From Myxococcota bacterium (GTDB taxonomy: Bacteria; Myxococcota_A; UBA9160; UBA4427), in the NCBI GenBank assembly GCA_036336835.1, contig JAYZFK010000093.1:20098-84097 (forward strand): a stretch of DNA of 64,000 nucleotides, read 5' to 3'. Below, piece by piece: positions 30,264 through 39,932 of the stretch. Position 1 is the first letter of the stretch. Every line of letters starts with the position of its first letter. A model generated the notes under the pieces. It had not been told where the DNA came from. It did no database searches and saw nothing but the letters and a program-made list of their open reading frames with translations. Position numbers and translations under genes: made by a program.

Positions 30264-32537
30264 TTGTCCAGATGTCCGTCCGCGCTGGGCGAGTGGGTCT
30301 GCGCTAGCGGGGTCGCCGCGCTCTCGCTGCTGTTCCGTGCGCTGCCTTTCGCAAACGTGTTCCACGCGGGTCAGGTGATCTTCGCTCCTGCGGACGCGAT
30401 GTACCACGTGCGCCGATCCTACTACACGTTCGAGAGCTGGCCGCACGTGCTGCTGTCCGATCCGTATGTCAATTATCCCGATGGTGCGCCGGTGCCCTGG
30501 TCGCCCTTGCCCGACGTCGTCGCGGGCTCGATCGCCGCGCTGTTCGCGCGGAGCGATGCGGGCTTCGAGTCGATCCTCGCCTGGTGGCCCGCCTTCGTGG
30601 GCGCGCTCGGCGCGCTGCCGATCTACTTCCTCGCGCGCGAGCTCGCTCCTCGAGTCGTCGCCGTCGGGGCGGGCTGTCTCTACGCGCTGCTGCCAATCAG
30701 CGTCAGTTACGGTCGAGTGGGCAATCCCGATCACCACGTCTCTGCGGCGGCTGTCGGTGCGTGTCTGCTGCTGGTGTGCGTGAAGCTGCTCGCCCCGGGT
30801 GCGAGCGCGGCTCGCTTGCGCCGGCTCGCGCTCGCGCTCGCTCTGGTGCGCGCGACGCTGCTGCTGACCTGGCACGGGAGCCTGCTGTACCTCGCGATTG
30901 CCGAGGCGGCGCTGCTGCTCTCCGGCGCGCTCAGCGGTCGGCGCGAGCTGCACGCGGTGCACGCCGCGAGCGCCGTCGGGACGCTGCTGGTGATCGGTCC
31001 GCTGTTTGCGACCTTCCCGACGCCCCTGCTCGGGCTCTACTCGTCGATCGCCCTGTCGCGCCTGCATCTGATCCTGGTGGCGGGAGCCGGGTTCGTCGCG
31101 TTCACAGGCTGGCTGCGTGCAGCGCGCTCCGAGCGCGAGCGCAGTGTGCTGGTGCGCCTCGGCGAGCTGTCCGCCGTCGCCATCGTTTTCGGGCTCGGCG
31201 TGCTGTCCCTGCCCGGCCCGCGCGCCGGTCTGGTACCCGCGCTTCGCTTCCTCACGATGACCGATTCAGCGGGTGCCATGACGGTGGAGCAGTTCGCGCT
31301 GTTCCCCCTCTTTGGCCGAGCGAGAGAGGGTGCGGCGGCGAACACCTGGGGTGCCTACGCCTATCTGCTGCCTCTCGCGCCCGTGGCGCTGCTGGGTTGG
31401 GCGCGATCGCGTGCGCAGGCGGCCCAGCGCGCCCAGTCGCTGCTCGTTGCGGGCTGGGCTGCCGTGTTCGGATTGCTCGCGCTGACCCAGCGGCGCTATG
31501 GCAACGACGTTGCGGCGGCGGCCTCGGTGGGCTTCGCCATTGGCGGTGCGCAGCTGGCGTCGCTGCTCCGCAGGCACAGCTCGCTGTCGGGGGCGGTCGC
31601 CGGCACCGCGATCTTCGCGCTGGGCGCAGCGCTCTACGCTCAACCGATCGCCAGGTTCTATCTGCCGTGGGCCCGACGAGCCGTGGCAAATCTGGGGACC
31701 TCACCGGGTCAGGCCGTGGCGCCTCCCCAGACGATCGGATGGTCGATCCACCGCTTTGCAAAGGCGGTGCGAGCTGTGACCCCCGAGACGACTGGCTTCA
31801 CCCACCCGGCGGCGCGGCCCGAGTACGGGATCGTCTCTCACGCAAATCTCGGCCACGCGCTGCAGTGGGTCGCGCGCCGGGCGACGCCCACGGATCCGTT
31901 CTGGGAGTACATCGGCCCCGAGAACTGGGACCGGGCGTTCGGACTGCTCAACGCCACGCGCGAGCGCCGCGCGGTCGAGCTCGCCGGGGAGCTCCGCGCG
32001 CGGTACGTCGTCGTCACGCCCGGTCCCGCTCGTGACCGGATTGGCGATCGGTTGTTTCGCGACGACGGCCTGCGACGCGGTGGTCACCCGGCGCTGCGGC
32101 GCTTCCGGCTGGTGACGGAGGGGCCGCGCGGCGGGCGTCCGATCCAGGCCGCGTTCGAGCCGCCCTTCGAGCGGCCGCGCGAGTTCGTGCCCTACAAGCT
32201 GTTCGAGATCGTGCGCGGCGCCCGACTCGAGATCGCCGCCGCACCCGAGAGGCACGTCGAGGCGCGGCTGCGCGTGCGAACGCCTACGGGCCGCGAGTTC
32301 ACCTACCGAACCGCAGCGCGATCCAACGCCGAGGGCACGGCGCAGCTGCTGGTGCCGTATGCCAACGCGCCCGCCGGACCCGACTCGGGTCCCCACGAGG
32401 TCGTCACCGACCCGGTCTGGAGCATTCGCATCGGCGGAGAGGATGCGGGGGTGCTGTTCGTGCCCGAGCGCGCCGTGCTCGAGGGCCGCGTCGTCAGCTG
32501 GCGCGACCGAGACGAGCCCGGCCAGCCCGCGGACTAG
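30264..32537 (+). CDS. STT3/AglB-like oligosaccharyltransferase with atypical WWDYG region
   Basis: ADAMYHVRR, DPYVNYPDG..VPWSP, GNPDHHV, MTVEQ, QRRY, YGIVSHANLGH..ARRATPTDPF, KLFEIVRGA, FTY...VPYAN. TTG 30264 follows a GAGGAG RBS. Confidence 0.8.
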   Translation: MSRCPSALGEWVCASGVAALSLLFRALPFANVFHAGQVIFAPADAMYHVRRSYYTFESWPHVLLSDPYVNYPDGAPVPWSPLPDVVAGSIAALFARSDAGFESILAWWPAFVGALGALPIYFLARELAPRVVAVGAGCLYALLPISVSYGRVGNPDHHVSAAAVGACLLLVCVKLLAPGASAARLRRLALALALVRATLLLTWHGSLLYLAIAEAALLLSGALSGRRELHAVHAASAVGTLLVIGPLFATFPTPLLGLYSSIALSRLHLILVAGAGFVAFTGWLRAARSERERSVLVRLGELSAVAIVFGLGVLSLPGPRAGLVPALRFLTMTDSAGAMTVEQFALFPLFGRAREGAAANTWGAYAYLLPLAPVALLGWARSRAQAAQRAQSLLVAGWAAVFGLLALTQRRYGNDVAAAASVGFAIGGAQLASLLRRHSSLSGAVAGTAIFALGAALYAQPIARFYLPWARRAVANLGTSPGQAVAPPQTIGWSIHRFAKAVRAVTPETTGFTHPAARPEYGIVSHANLGHALQWVARRATPTDPFWEYIGPENWDRAFGLLNATRERRAVELAGELRARYVVVTPGPARDRIGDRLFRDDGLRRGGHPALRRFRLVTEGPRGGRPIQAAFEPPFERPREFVPYKLFEIVRGARLEIAAAPERHVEARLRVRTPTGREFTYRTAARSNAEGTAQLLVPYANAPAGPDSGPHEVVTDPVWSIRIGGEDAGVLFVPERAVLEGRVVSWRDRDEPGQPAD

Positions 32538-34180
32538 AACTCGACGCTGAAGCCCCGGCGGTCGAGGTGCAGCCGATGGGGCCGGGCGATGCGGACGCTG
32601 TAGAAAGCGGGTTCGCCTTCGCGGTCGCGGTGGATGCGTGTCAGCGCGTCATCGCCGAGCGCGGCCATTGCCTGCAGGAATCGCGGGCCGTAACCAAAAC
32701 GATCGTAGGGCCGATCGTGTACCAGGTAGAGGGTCGATGGACTCCCCAGATGGCTCCACTGCCCGAGCATCTCCAGGTCGAGACCGATCCGCCAGAACGG
32801 CTCGATCACCCTCGGATGCGTGGTCGAGAACATCAGCTGGAGGTGGAAGCCCCAGTCCAGACTCACGACGACGTCGTCGGCATCGAGATCGCTTGCGAGC
32901 TCGACAATCGCCGCGCTCCACCAGCCTCGTCCGCCGGTGCGCTCGATCAGTGATCGCGTAGACGCGATCGACGCAGCTCCGCTCGCCAGCACGGCGATTC
33001 CGGCGACGGCGGCGATTCCGCGCCGCGCGCCGCCGCGATCGGCCTCGCGCACCAGCTGTGCCGCCACCAGCAGGTGGACGAACGGCGCGAGGTTCAACAT
33101 GTGATGCGCGCGCGTGGCACCGGGGAGCGCGAGCATCGCCGCGGCGATGGCCGCGGTCGCAACGGCGACGGCGCCGCGCCCGTCCGACAGGGCGGCGCGA
33201 CCGCGCCGCGCCGCCTCGACGCCGCAGGCCACGAGCGCGGCGACCGCGGCAATTCCCAGCAACGCGACGGGCGCGTCGACCGTCGCCAGTGCCTCGTAGC
33301 GGCCGCCGACCGACATCAGCCGGTGCGGGTACGAGCCGTCCAGCGTCGACAACAGTGTGTTCACACGTTCGGTGAAATCGCCGCGGGTGGTCAGCTGGCC
33401 CATGCCTCCGAACACGCGGCCCGCGTTGAGGAGCATGGGCAGGGCGCCCACGCACAACAGAGCCGTCGCGGCGGCGAGCTCACCGCGTCGTCGGTTCCAG
33501 ACATCGCGGAGTGCCGCGCGGTGGAACAGCGCGAGGCCGAGCAGGGTCGCCGCGCCGATCAGCACGAAGTCGGCGCGGTTGTAGACGCCGAGGCCGAGCG
33601 CGAAGCTGCCGGCGAGCGTCGCGCCGCGTCGTTCGAGCGCGTATCCGCGCAGCAGCAGGACCGCACCCAGGGCGCGGCACAGCCAGCCGGTCGTGAAGGG
33701 GCCCCACTCCCACTGCGCGTGGAAGAAAATCGTCGGGTCCGTAGCGACGAGGGCTCCGCAGAGCAGGGCGACGCGCAGGTCGAAGATGCGCCGGGCGGCC
33801 AGCATGGTCGCGAGCAGCGCGGCGAGCGCGGTGCCCAGCGTGGTGAGCCGAACCGTGGCGAGCTCGTTGCCGAACAGGGCAAGCGAAGGGATCAACAGCT
33901 GGCTCTTGAGCGAGCCCAGGTAGGGCAGCGCGAACAGCGGAAACGGGCGGCCCAACAACCACGTCTTCTGCGTGCCGGGGGGCATCAGCCCCTCGCGCAG
34001 CGGCTCGACGAATGCCCGACCCTGCTGTGCCAGCCATGCTTCGTCGTAGAGCATGCCCGGGCCGTTTGCCGCGACCGCGAGTCCGACCCACGCGACCGCG
34101 ATCACGAGCCAGCCGAGCACGAGCACCGCGAGCTCGTTCTCGCGCACCCAGCGGTCCATCCAGGAGCTCTCCCTCCGCAT
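32534..34180 (-). CDS. GT-C fold (PMT/ArnT-like) membrane glycosyltransferase
   Basis: MLYDEAW acidic loop after TM1, PYLGSLKS, ATDPT, RAHH, SLDWG, many TMs. Start is 34180 or 34159. Confidence 0.7.
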   Translation of the reverse strand: MRRESSWMDRWVRENELAVLVLGWLVIAVAWVGLAVAANGPGMLYDEAWLAQQGRAFVEPLREGLMPPGTQKTWLLGRPFPLFALPYLGSLKSQLLIPSLALFGNELATVRLTTLGTALAALLATMLAARRIFDLRVALLCGALVATDPTIFFHAQWEWGPFTTGWLCRALGAVLLLRGYALERRGATLAGSFALGLGVYNRADFVLIGAATLLGLALFHRAALRDVWNRRRGELAAATALLCVGALPMLLNAGRVFGGMGQLTTRGDFTERVNTLLSTLDGSYPHRLMSVGGRYEALATVDAPVALLGIAAVAALVACGVEAARRGRAALSDGRGAVAVATAAIAAAMLALPGATRAHHMLNLAPFVHLLVAAQLVREADRGGARRGIAAVAGIAVLASGAASIASTRSLIERTGGRGWWSAAIVELASDLDADDVVVSLDWGFHLQLMFSTTHPRVIEPFWRIGLDLEMLGQWSHLGSPSTLYLVHDRPYDRFGYGPRFLQAMAALGDDALTRIHRDREGEPAFYSVRIARPHRLHLDRRGFSVEF

Positions 34181-34366
34181 CGCCCGTTGCCGTCTCGGAG
34201 CCCGAAGCGGTCGACACGGGGCGTGAAGCGGGCAGTCGGAAGTGTCCGAAGGCTACCCGTTCGAGGCTCCGGGCGCCTAGCAGGCGATGAACCCCTGCTG
34301 GAACGCTGCGCTATCGTCTCGCGCTCCTCGGCCGGTGCCGAACGACACGGAGACGGCGAGCCGCCG

Positions 34367-35800
34367 ATGTCCCCGCGCAGCGCGCTGTACAGGCTCTCGA
34401 TCGTCTTGCCCGCGCTCCTGCCGTTCGGCTGCGGTGAGCCCGCTCCCGAGATCGCGCTCGATCCCGCGAGGCCGCCGATCGTGCTGATCACGCTCGACAC
34501 CACTCGCAGCGATCGGCTCGGCTGCTACGGCTACGCGCTGCCCACGAGCCCGCAGCTCGACCGCTTGTGCGAGGACGCGACGCGCTACGACTCGGCCTAC
34601 TCCACCACGAGCTGGACGCTCCCCGCCCACGCATCGCTCTTCACCGGCGAGTACACCTACAGCCACGGTGTTCGCTACGACACCGACGGACCGCTCGTGC
34701 TGAGCGACGCCATCGATCACCGGTCTGCGACGCGCTACCGCGCGCGCGGACTCGACGCGGACAAGCCGACTCTCGCAAGCCGTCTCTCCGAGGCGGGCTA
34801 CGCAACGGCCGGGTTCGTTGCGGGACCGTGGATGAAGCGCGTGTTCGGTCTCGCAAGCGGCTTCGACCACTGGGACGACGAGGGGATCGACGAGGAGAAC
34901 GGCCGTCGGGCCGATGCGCTGACCGATGCCGCGATCGCCTGGCTGCGTAGCCACACACGTGCGCCGTTCCTGCTGTTCCTCAACTACTACGATGCGCACA
35001 GCCCCTACTCGCCGCCCGACGGCTGGCGCGATCGCTTTGCCGACCAGATCGCCAGTGGTCGACCGCTGCCCGAGCCCGGTGAGCCAATGACTCTCGAGCA
35101 GGCGAATGCCTTCTACGACGCCGAGATCGCCTTCGCCGACCATCATCTGGGACGATTGCTCGACGCGCTGCGCGACTTGGGGCTGTACGCGCCGGCCTGG
35201 ATCATCGTGACCGCGGACCACGGTGACGTGATCGGCGAGCATGGAACCGCGGGGCACGGTCGCTACCTGTGGGAGGAGGAGATCCGGATTCCGCTGGTGA
35301 TCAAGCGTCCCGGTGGAGGCCAGGGTGTCGACGCGGCGCCGATCCAGTTGACCGATATTGCACCGATGCTGCTCGAGGGGCTCGGATTGCCGTCACTGCC
35401 GCGCGCCGGCGGCCCGCGCGTGCGGGGGGACGACGCGGTGCTCGCCGAGCTCTACCCGCTTCCCTTGATGTTTGCGAAGGGCGACTGGCGTGCCCTCGTC
35501 GTCGGCCGTCACAAGTTGATGTGGAACAGTCGCGGTCGGCACAAGCTCCACGATCTCGGGGCTCCCGCAGGCGAGGACGAGGATCGCGCGAAGTTTGCCG
35601 TGTCGAGGACCGACTCGCTGCTCGAACGTCTGGAAGAGTTGACCGGGGTACTACCGCCGCCCCGGACGAGTGCCGCCAGCGCCGGGACGGGGGACGAGAT
35701 CGACGACGCCACGCGTCGCGCGCTCGAAGGGCTCGGCTATCTAGAGACGGAGCGCGACGCGTCTGAGGACCATGGCCAAGAAGTCCCGTCAACACCCTGA
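34367..35800 (+). CDS. Sulfatase-like lipoprotein
   Basis: Lipobox-like PFGC; ITLDTTRSDRL, SWTLPAHASLFTG, NYYDAHSPY, YDAEI, TADHGD, LEGLGYLE. Confidence 0.85.
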   Translation: MSPRSALYRLSIVLPALLPFGCGEPAPEIALDPARPPIVLITLDTTRSDRLGCYGYALPTSPQLDRLCEDATRYDSAYSTTSWTLPAHASLFTGEYTYSHGVRYDTDGPLVLSDAIDHRSATRYRARGLDADKPTLASRLSEAGYATAGFVAGPWMKRVFGLASGFDHWDDEGIDEENGRRADALTDAAIAWLRSHTRAPFLLFLNYYDAHSPYSPPDGWRDRFADQIASGRPLPEPGEPMTLEQANAFYDAEIAFADHHLGRLLDALRDLGLYAPAWIIVTADHGDVIGEHGTAGHGRYLWEEEIRIPLVIKRPGGGQGVDAAPIQLTDIAPMLLEGLGLPSLPRAGGPRVRGDDAVLAELYPLPLMFAKGDWRALVVGRHKLMWNSRGRHKLHDLGAPAGEDEDRAKFAVSRTDSLLERLEELTGVLPPPRTSAASAGTGDEIDDATRRALEGLGYLETERDASEDHGQEVPSTP

Positions 35801-37421
35801 GCGACCGCGCGCTTCTGGCGCCGGCCCGCATCCGGTCGCTGTCGCGATCGGCTTTGCGGTTCTGGCACTTGCCGTCTACGCGCCGGCGCTCGAGGGTCCC
35901 TTCTTCTCCGACGACCAGCACTACGTCGAGCGCAACCTCTACATCCAGAACCCGAGCCTCGAGAACTGGATCGAGATCTGGAGCCCAACCAGCATCGTCG
36001 TGGTGATGGTCGAGAACTGGGCACCCGTCCACCTGACCCTCCACGCGCTCGCCTGGCAGTGGTTCGGTCCGAAGGTGTTCGGGCACCACGTGTTGGGGGT
36101 GCTGATGCACGCGCTCGGATCGGCGCTGTTGTTCGCGCTGCTCGCGCGAAGCGGGATCCCACGCCGCACCGCGCTGGGGCTCGCCGCCTTCTTCCTGGTG
36201 GCGCCGGCCAACGTCGAGGCAGTAGCGTGGATCTCACAGCTCAAGACGTCGAGCTCGCTAGTTCTTGCGCTGACCGCGTTGTTGCTGCACCCCCGGCGAC
36301 CCGGACTGGCGTTGCTCGCCTTCGGGCTCGCCCTGCTCGCGAAGCCGACCGCGGCGGTCGCGCTGCCGGTCGCGCTGGTCTTCTGCTGGGCGCGTCGCGA
36401 GCCCGCGAGCTCACTGGCGTGGCTAGGGGGCTGGGCCGCAGCCTTCGCGGGATTTGCCGCCGCGGAGCTCGCGGCGTTCTTCGAGACCGCCGGCCGCGCC
36501 GTGTCACTGTACGACGGGCCGGCCGAACAGCTTCGCTCCCAAGTTGCGATCGCATTTCGTTATGCGCTGATGGCGATCGGCGGCTGGAAGCTCTCGCTCT
36601 TCCACGAACCCGCCGCCGCGCGCAGCTGGCTCGATCCGTGGTGGTTCGGGGGGCTCGCCCTGGTCGTCGCGATCGCGTGGCGATCGGTGACGCTGGTGCG
36701 ACGGCGCTCGCAGGAGCTCGGGTACTGGGTGTGGGCCGTCGCCTCGTTTGCTCCGGTGAGCGGAATCGTCGCGTTGCCGTATCCGATGGCCGATCGGTAT
36801 CTCTACTTCATCTTGCCCGGGCTACTCGGGGCGCTCGCGTTCGCGCTGCCGGAGGCCTGGCAGCGATTTGGACCAGCGCCTTCGGCGCGTTCGCGATCGG
36901 CCGCAGCCGTCGTCGCGGTACTGGGGATCGCGGCCTTCGGGTTTGCGGCGAACCGACACGCGACGCTGTGGGCCGACCCCGAGCTCCTGCTCGCCCGCAC
37001 GGAGCGCGTCTACCCCGACGGCCAGATCGCCCGGCTCCGCAGCGCCTACCGGGCTGCGGCCGCTGGAGACGGGGATGCGGCAACAAGACAGTTGCGCGAA
37101 GCGGTCGGACGCGGCTTCGATCGGCTCGACGTGCTGTTGTCCGATCCGGTGTATGTCGCGTTGCGCGGCCACGCGGGGTTCGATGCGCTCGTCGATCAGC
37201 TCGCCCGGGGCATGGTCGAGCATCTCGCAGCGCGGACCGACCCGTCACAGGCCGAGCTGCGGGTGCTCGCACAGGCGCGCATCGTGCTGCGCGATCTCGC
37301 TGGCGCGGAGCGCGCTTATCGTCGCTCGCTCGAGATCGACGGTCCGTACGCAGAGGCGATCGAGCGCGAGCTCGCGCTCCTGCTGCGCGATCGGCGTTTC
37401 GAAGCGATCCGCAAGCGTTAG
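35772..37421 (+). CDS. TMTC-like (protein O-mannosyltransferase-type GT-C) membrane protein with C-terminal TPR-like region
   Basis: FFSDDQHYVERN, NVEAVAWIS, LAKPTA, MADRYLYF, RHATLWAD, helical TPR-like tail. Confidence 0.7.
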   Translation: MAKKSRQHPERPRASGAGPHPVAVAIGFAVLALAVYAPALEGPFFSDDQHYVERNLYIQNPSLENWIEIWSPTSIVVVMVENWAPVHLTLHALAWQWFGPKVFGHHVLGVLMHALGSALLFALLARSGIPRRTALGLAAFFLVAPANVEAVAWISQLKTSSSLVLALTALLLHPRRPGLALLAFGLALLAKPTAAVALPVALVFCWARREPASSLAWLGGWAAAFAGFAAAELAAFFETAGRAVSLYDGPAEQLRSQVAIAFRYALMAIGGWKLSLFHEPAAARSWLDPWWFGGLALVVAIAWRSVTLVRRRSQELGYWVWAVASFAPVSGIVALPYPMADRYLYFILPGLLGALAFALPEAWQRFGPAPSARSRSAAAVVAVLGIAAFGFAANRHATLWADPELLLARTERVYPDGQIARLRSAYRAAAAGDGDAATRQLREAVGRGFDRLDVLLSDPVYVALRGHAGFDALVDQLARGMVEHLAARTDPSQAELRVLAQARIVLRDLAGAERAYRRSLEIDGPYAEAIERELALLLRDRRFEAIRKR

Positions 37422-37439
37422 CCGGCTTGCTTCCGGCTG

Positions 37440-39908
37440 CTAGATCTCGCCGCGCAGGCGTGCCAGCTGGTGGCGCGCGGCGGCTTCGTCGGAGAAGGAC
37501 TCGCCCTGTTCGAGCGCGAGTGCGAAGGCTTGCTCCGCCTCGATCAAGCGCTCGAGCTTCGTGAGCGCCAGTCCGAGGTGGTACTGGATCGTGGCCTGGG
37601 GAAGTCCTCGCTTTTCCGCGATCTTCAGGGCGCTCCGGAACTGCTCGGCGGCCCGGTCATCGTCCCCGAGCTCGAGCATGACGAAGCCGAGCGTGTCGAT
37701 CACCCCAGGCTCGTCTGGGAGCGACTGGACGGCCTGGCGGGCGAGCAGCTGCGCGCGCTTGAGGTCGCGGTGCTGCTTGGCGAGCAGGAACGCAAGGTCA
37801 TTCTTCAGGATCGGAAGCTCGAGCCCGCCATTCAGCGCCTGCTCGTACGACCAGCGCGCCATCATGCCGTTGCCAGCGCGATGGTACAGACGGCCCAGCA
37901 ACGCGTGATGCGACGCGGGAAGCTCGTGGCCGGGCCCCTTGCTGGTGAGCACCTTGATGGCGGTGATCGCGTCGTCCCGGGTCGGGTAGAGCCACAGCGC
38001 GAACTCGAGGACGCCCGGCGTCGTCGGCTCGTCGTCGAGGATTCCGAGCACCCGCTCTCGGGCGGCGTCGAGCTCGTTCTCGGCGGCATCGAGCCTCGCG
38101 AGCAGCAGAGCGAGCGATCCTCGTGGAACGCCGGTTCCGATCGCAAGCGCGTGAGATGCCTCGATTGGTTCTCTCGCAAGCCCAGGCGAGCCCGCTGCGA
38201 TCTCGAACTCGGCGAGGGCTTCGAGGACACCGGGGTGGTTGGGTCTGGGCTCGAGTAGCTTTGCGAACGCGCTGCGCAGCCGTTCGCGCTGCTCGGGCGC
38301 ACTCCCCTCGCGCACGTAGAGCTCGTGCACGGCGGCCTCGGGCGGTGCCGGGGAGTCGACCAGACGCTCGAGCATCCGGATGCCGATGGCTCGACCCCCG
38401 GTTTCGATGTAGCAGTGTGCGAGCAGCGCGCGGTCGGCAGGACGCAGCGCTGCCGCGCGGGAGAGCGTACGGTAGGCACTGCGCGCCTCGCGACAACGGC
38501 CGAGCTCGTAGAGCAAGCGCGCACGCGCACGCAGGCTGCGGGTGTCGAGATGCGTTGTCAGTTTGGCTGCGCGTTCGAGCGCGGCGAGCGCCTCGGCGGA
38601 ATCGCCCAGCGCGGAATACACGTCACTGAGCAGAAGCTGCGCGCCGACTTCCTGGTGCGCCCAGTCCAGCTCGGCGAGCCGTTCGAGGGCCGTTTCCGGC
38701 CGGCCGGTATGCATCAGTGCCCAGGCGACCATGATGCGAGTCTGCCGCGCCTCCGGGTGTTGATTCTCGAGCTGCTCGATCGTCCCGAGCGCGGCTTGCA
38801 GCCGGCTGGCACCCAGCTGAATCCTTGCGATCTCGGCCAGCAGCGCCGCGTCATCGAACCCCTTGCCGATCTTCGAGGTCAGGTACGCGATTGCGTTAAC
38901 GGGTCGTTCGACGCGCCCGGTTCGCCGCGCGTAGTGGATATGCGGCTCCGTCTCCTCCGGCAGGGTTGCGATGAGCCGCAGGTAGATCCCGCGCGACGGC
39001 ACACCCTGGTGCTCGCTCAGCTCGGCGAGTGCTGTCCAGGCCGAATAGTTGCGCGGTGCGATCTCGACCTTGCGCTCGAGGGCCCAGCGCTCGAGTTCGG
39101 GGTTCCCGGTCGTGCGAGCGAACTCGATGGCCAGGTTGAGTACCCGGTCTTCCTGGCCCGTCAGGTTGAGTCCGGCCAGCTGTTCGCTCGCTTCCCGCAG
39201 GGCGCTCTCGGCCTCCTCCTGGTGACCCGGCCAGGCGGCGAGCAGGCGAGCGTGCTCGACCCCTGCTTGCCAGCGCCGCGTTGGGTCGAGCTCTCCGAAA
39301 CGGGTGATCGCGGCCTGCGCAGCGCGGAACGTCTCATCGTCGGTCGATTCTCCGAGTAGCGTGCGCTCACGGCTGTGCGCCTCATAGACTCGAGCCAGGT
39401 GCCAATGCGCGTCCGGCAGCGCCGGCTCCAGCTCGACGGCACGGCGCGCGGCCGCCAGCGCCGCAGCGACGTCGAAGGCGACCAGCGCCTGCTCGGCCCG
39501 CCCGATCTGGCCCCAAGCGCTGTCGGGGTTGCGCGCGAGCACTTCCGACAGCAGCGCCTCCGCCTGGTCCGGGTCGTCGCCCAGGAGTAGCAGTGCCAGT
39601 GCAACGGCTGTGCTCTCTCGCGCTGGATCGATTCGGTACGCCTCACCGAGGTAGAACCGCGCACTCGCCGCGTCGTCGATCGCGAGCAGCACGCCAGCGA
39701 TCTGCTCCGGGTAGTCTGCGTTGTCGGACGCGTGCCGCAGCGCGCCGTTGAGCTCGATCAACGCGGCCTCGATGCGGCCCGCCTCGAGATGGTGGCGAGC
39801 CTGCTCGGCGTGCCGGCTGGCGCGGGTCTCCCCATCGAGGCAAGCCACGAGCAGCCCGCAGGTCAGCAAGACCCGGGCCGCGTCGGGGATCATTCGACCT
39901 GTCGTCAT
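37440..39908 (-). CDS. Large TPR-repeat lipoprotein (PrsT-like)
   Basis: Lipobox LVAC; TPR repeats; KNDLAFLLA, IDTLGFV, IQYHLGLAL. Confidence 0.8.
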   Translation of the reverse strand: MTTGRMIPDAARVLLTCGLLVACLDGETRASRHAEQARHHLEAGRIEAALIELNGALRHASDNADYPEQIAGVLLAIDDAASARFYLGEAYRIDPARESTAVALALLLLGDDPDQAEALLSEVLARNPDSAWGQIGRAEQALVAFDVAAALAAARRAVELEPALPDAHWHLARVYEAHSRERTLLGESTDDETFRAAQAAITRFGELDPTRRWQAGVEHARLLAAWPGHQEEAESALREASEQLAGLNLTGQEDRVLNLAIEFARTTGNPELERWALERKVEIAPRNYSAWTALAELSEHQGVPSRGIYLRLIATLPEETEPHIHYARRTGRVERPVNAIAYLTSKIGKGFDDAALLAEIARIQLGASRLQAALGTIEQLENQHPEARQTRIMVAWALMHTGRPETALERLAELDWAHQEVGAQLLLSDVYSALGDSAEALAALERAAKLTTHLDTRSLRARARLLYELGRCREARSAYRTLSRAAALRPADRALLAHCYIETGGRAIGIRMLERLVDSPAPPEAAVHELYVREGSAPEQRERLRSAFAKLLEPRPNHPGVLEALAEFEIAAGSPGLAREPIEASHALAIGTGVPRGSLALLLARLDAAENELDAARERVLGILDDEPTTPGVLEFALWLYPTRDDAITAIKVLTSKGPGHELPASHHALLGRLYHRAGNGMMARWSYEQALNGGLELPILKNDLAFLLAKQHRDLKRAQLLARQAVQSLPDEPGVIDTLGFVMLELGDDDRAAEQFRSALKIAEKRGLPQATIQYHLGLALTKLERLIEAEQAFALALEQGESFSDEAAARHQLARLRGEI

Positions 39909-39932
39909 TGGCTTCCCGCCCCGGTGTCGAGA

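Noticed and set aside
33074..34366. N-terminal extension of the 908-aa ORF
   Set aside because: Antisense to the GT-C gene 32534-34180; the sulfatase-like protein starts with its signal peptide at 34367.
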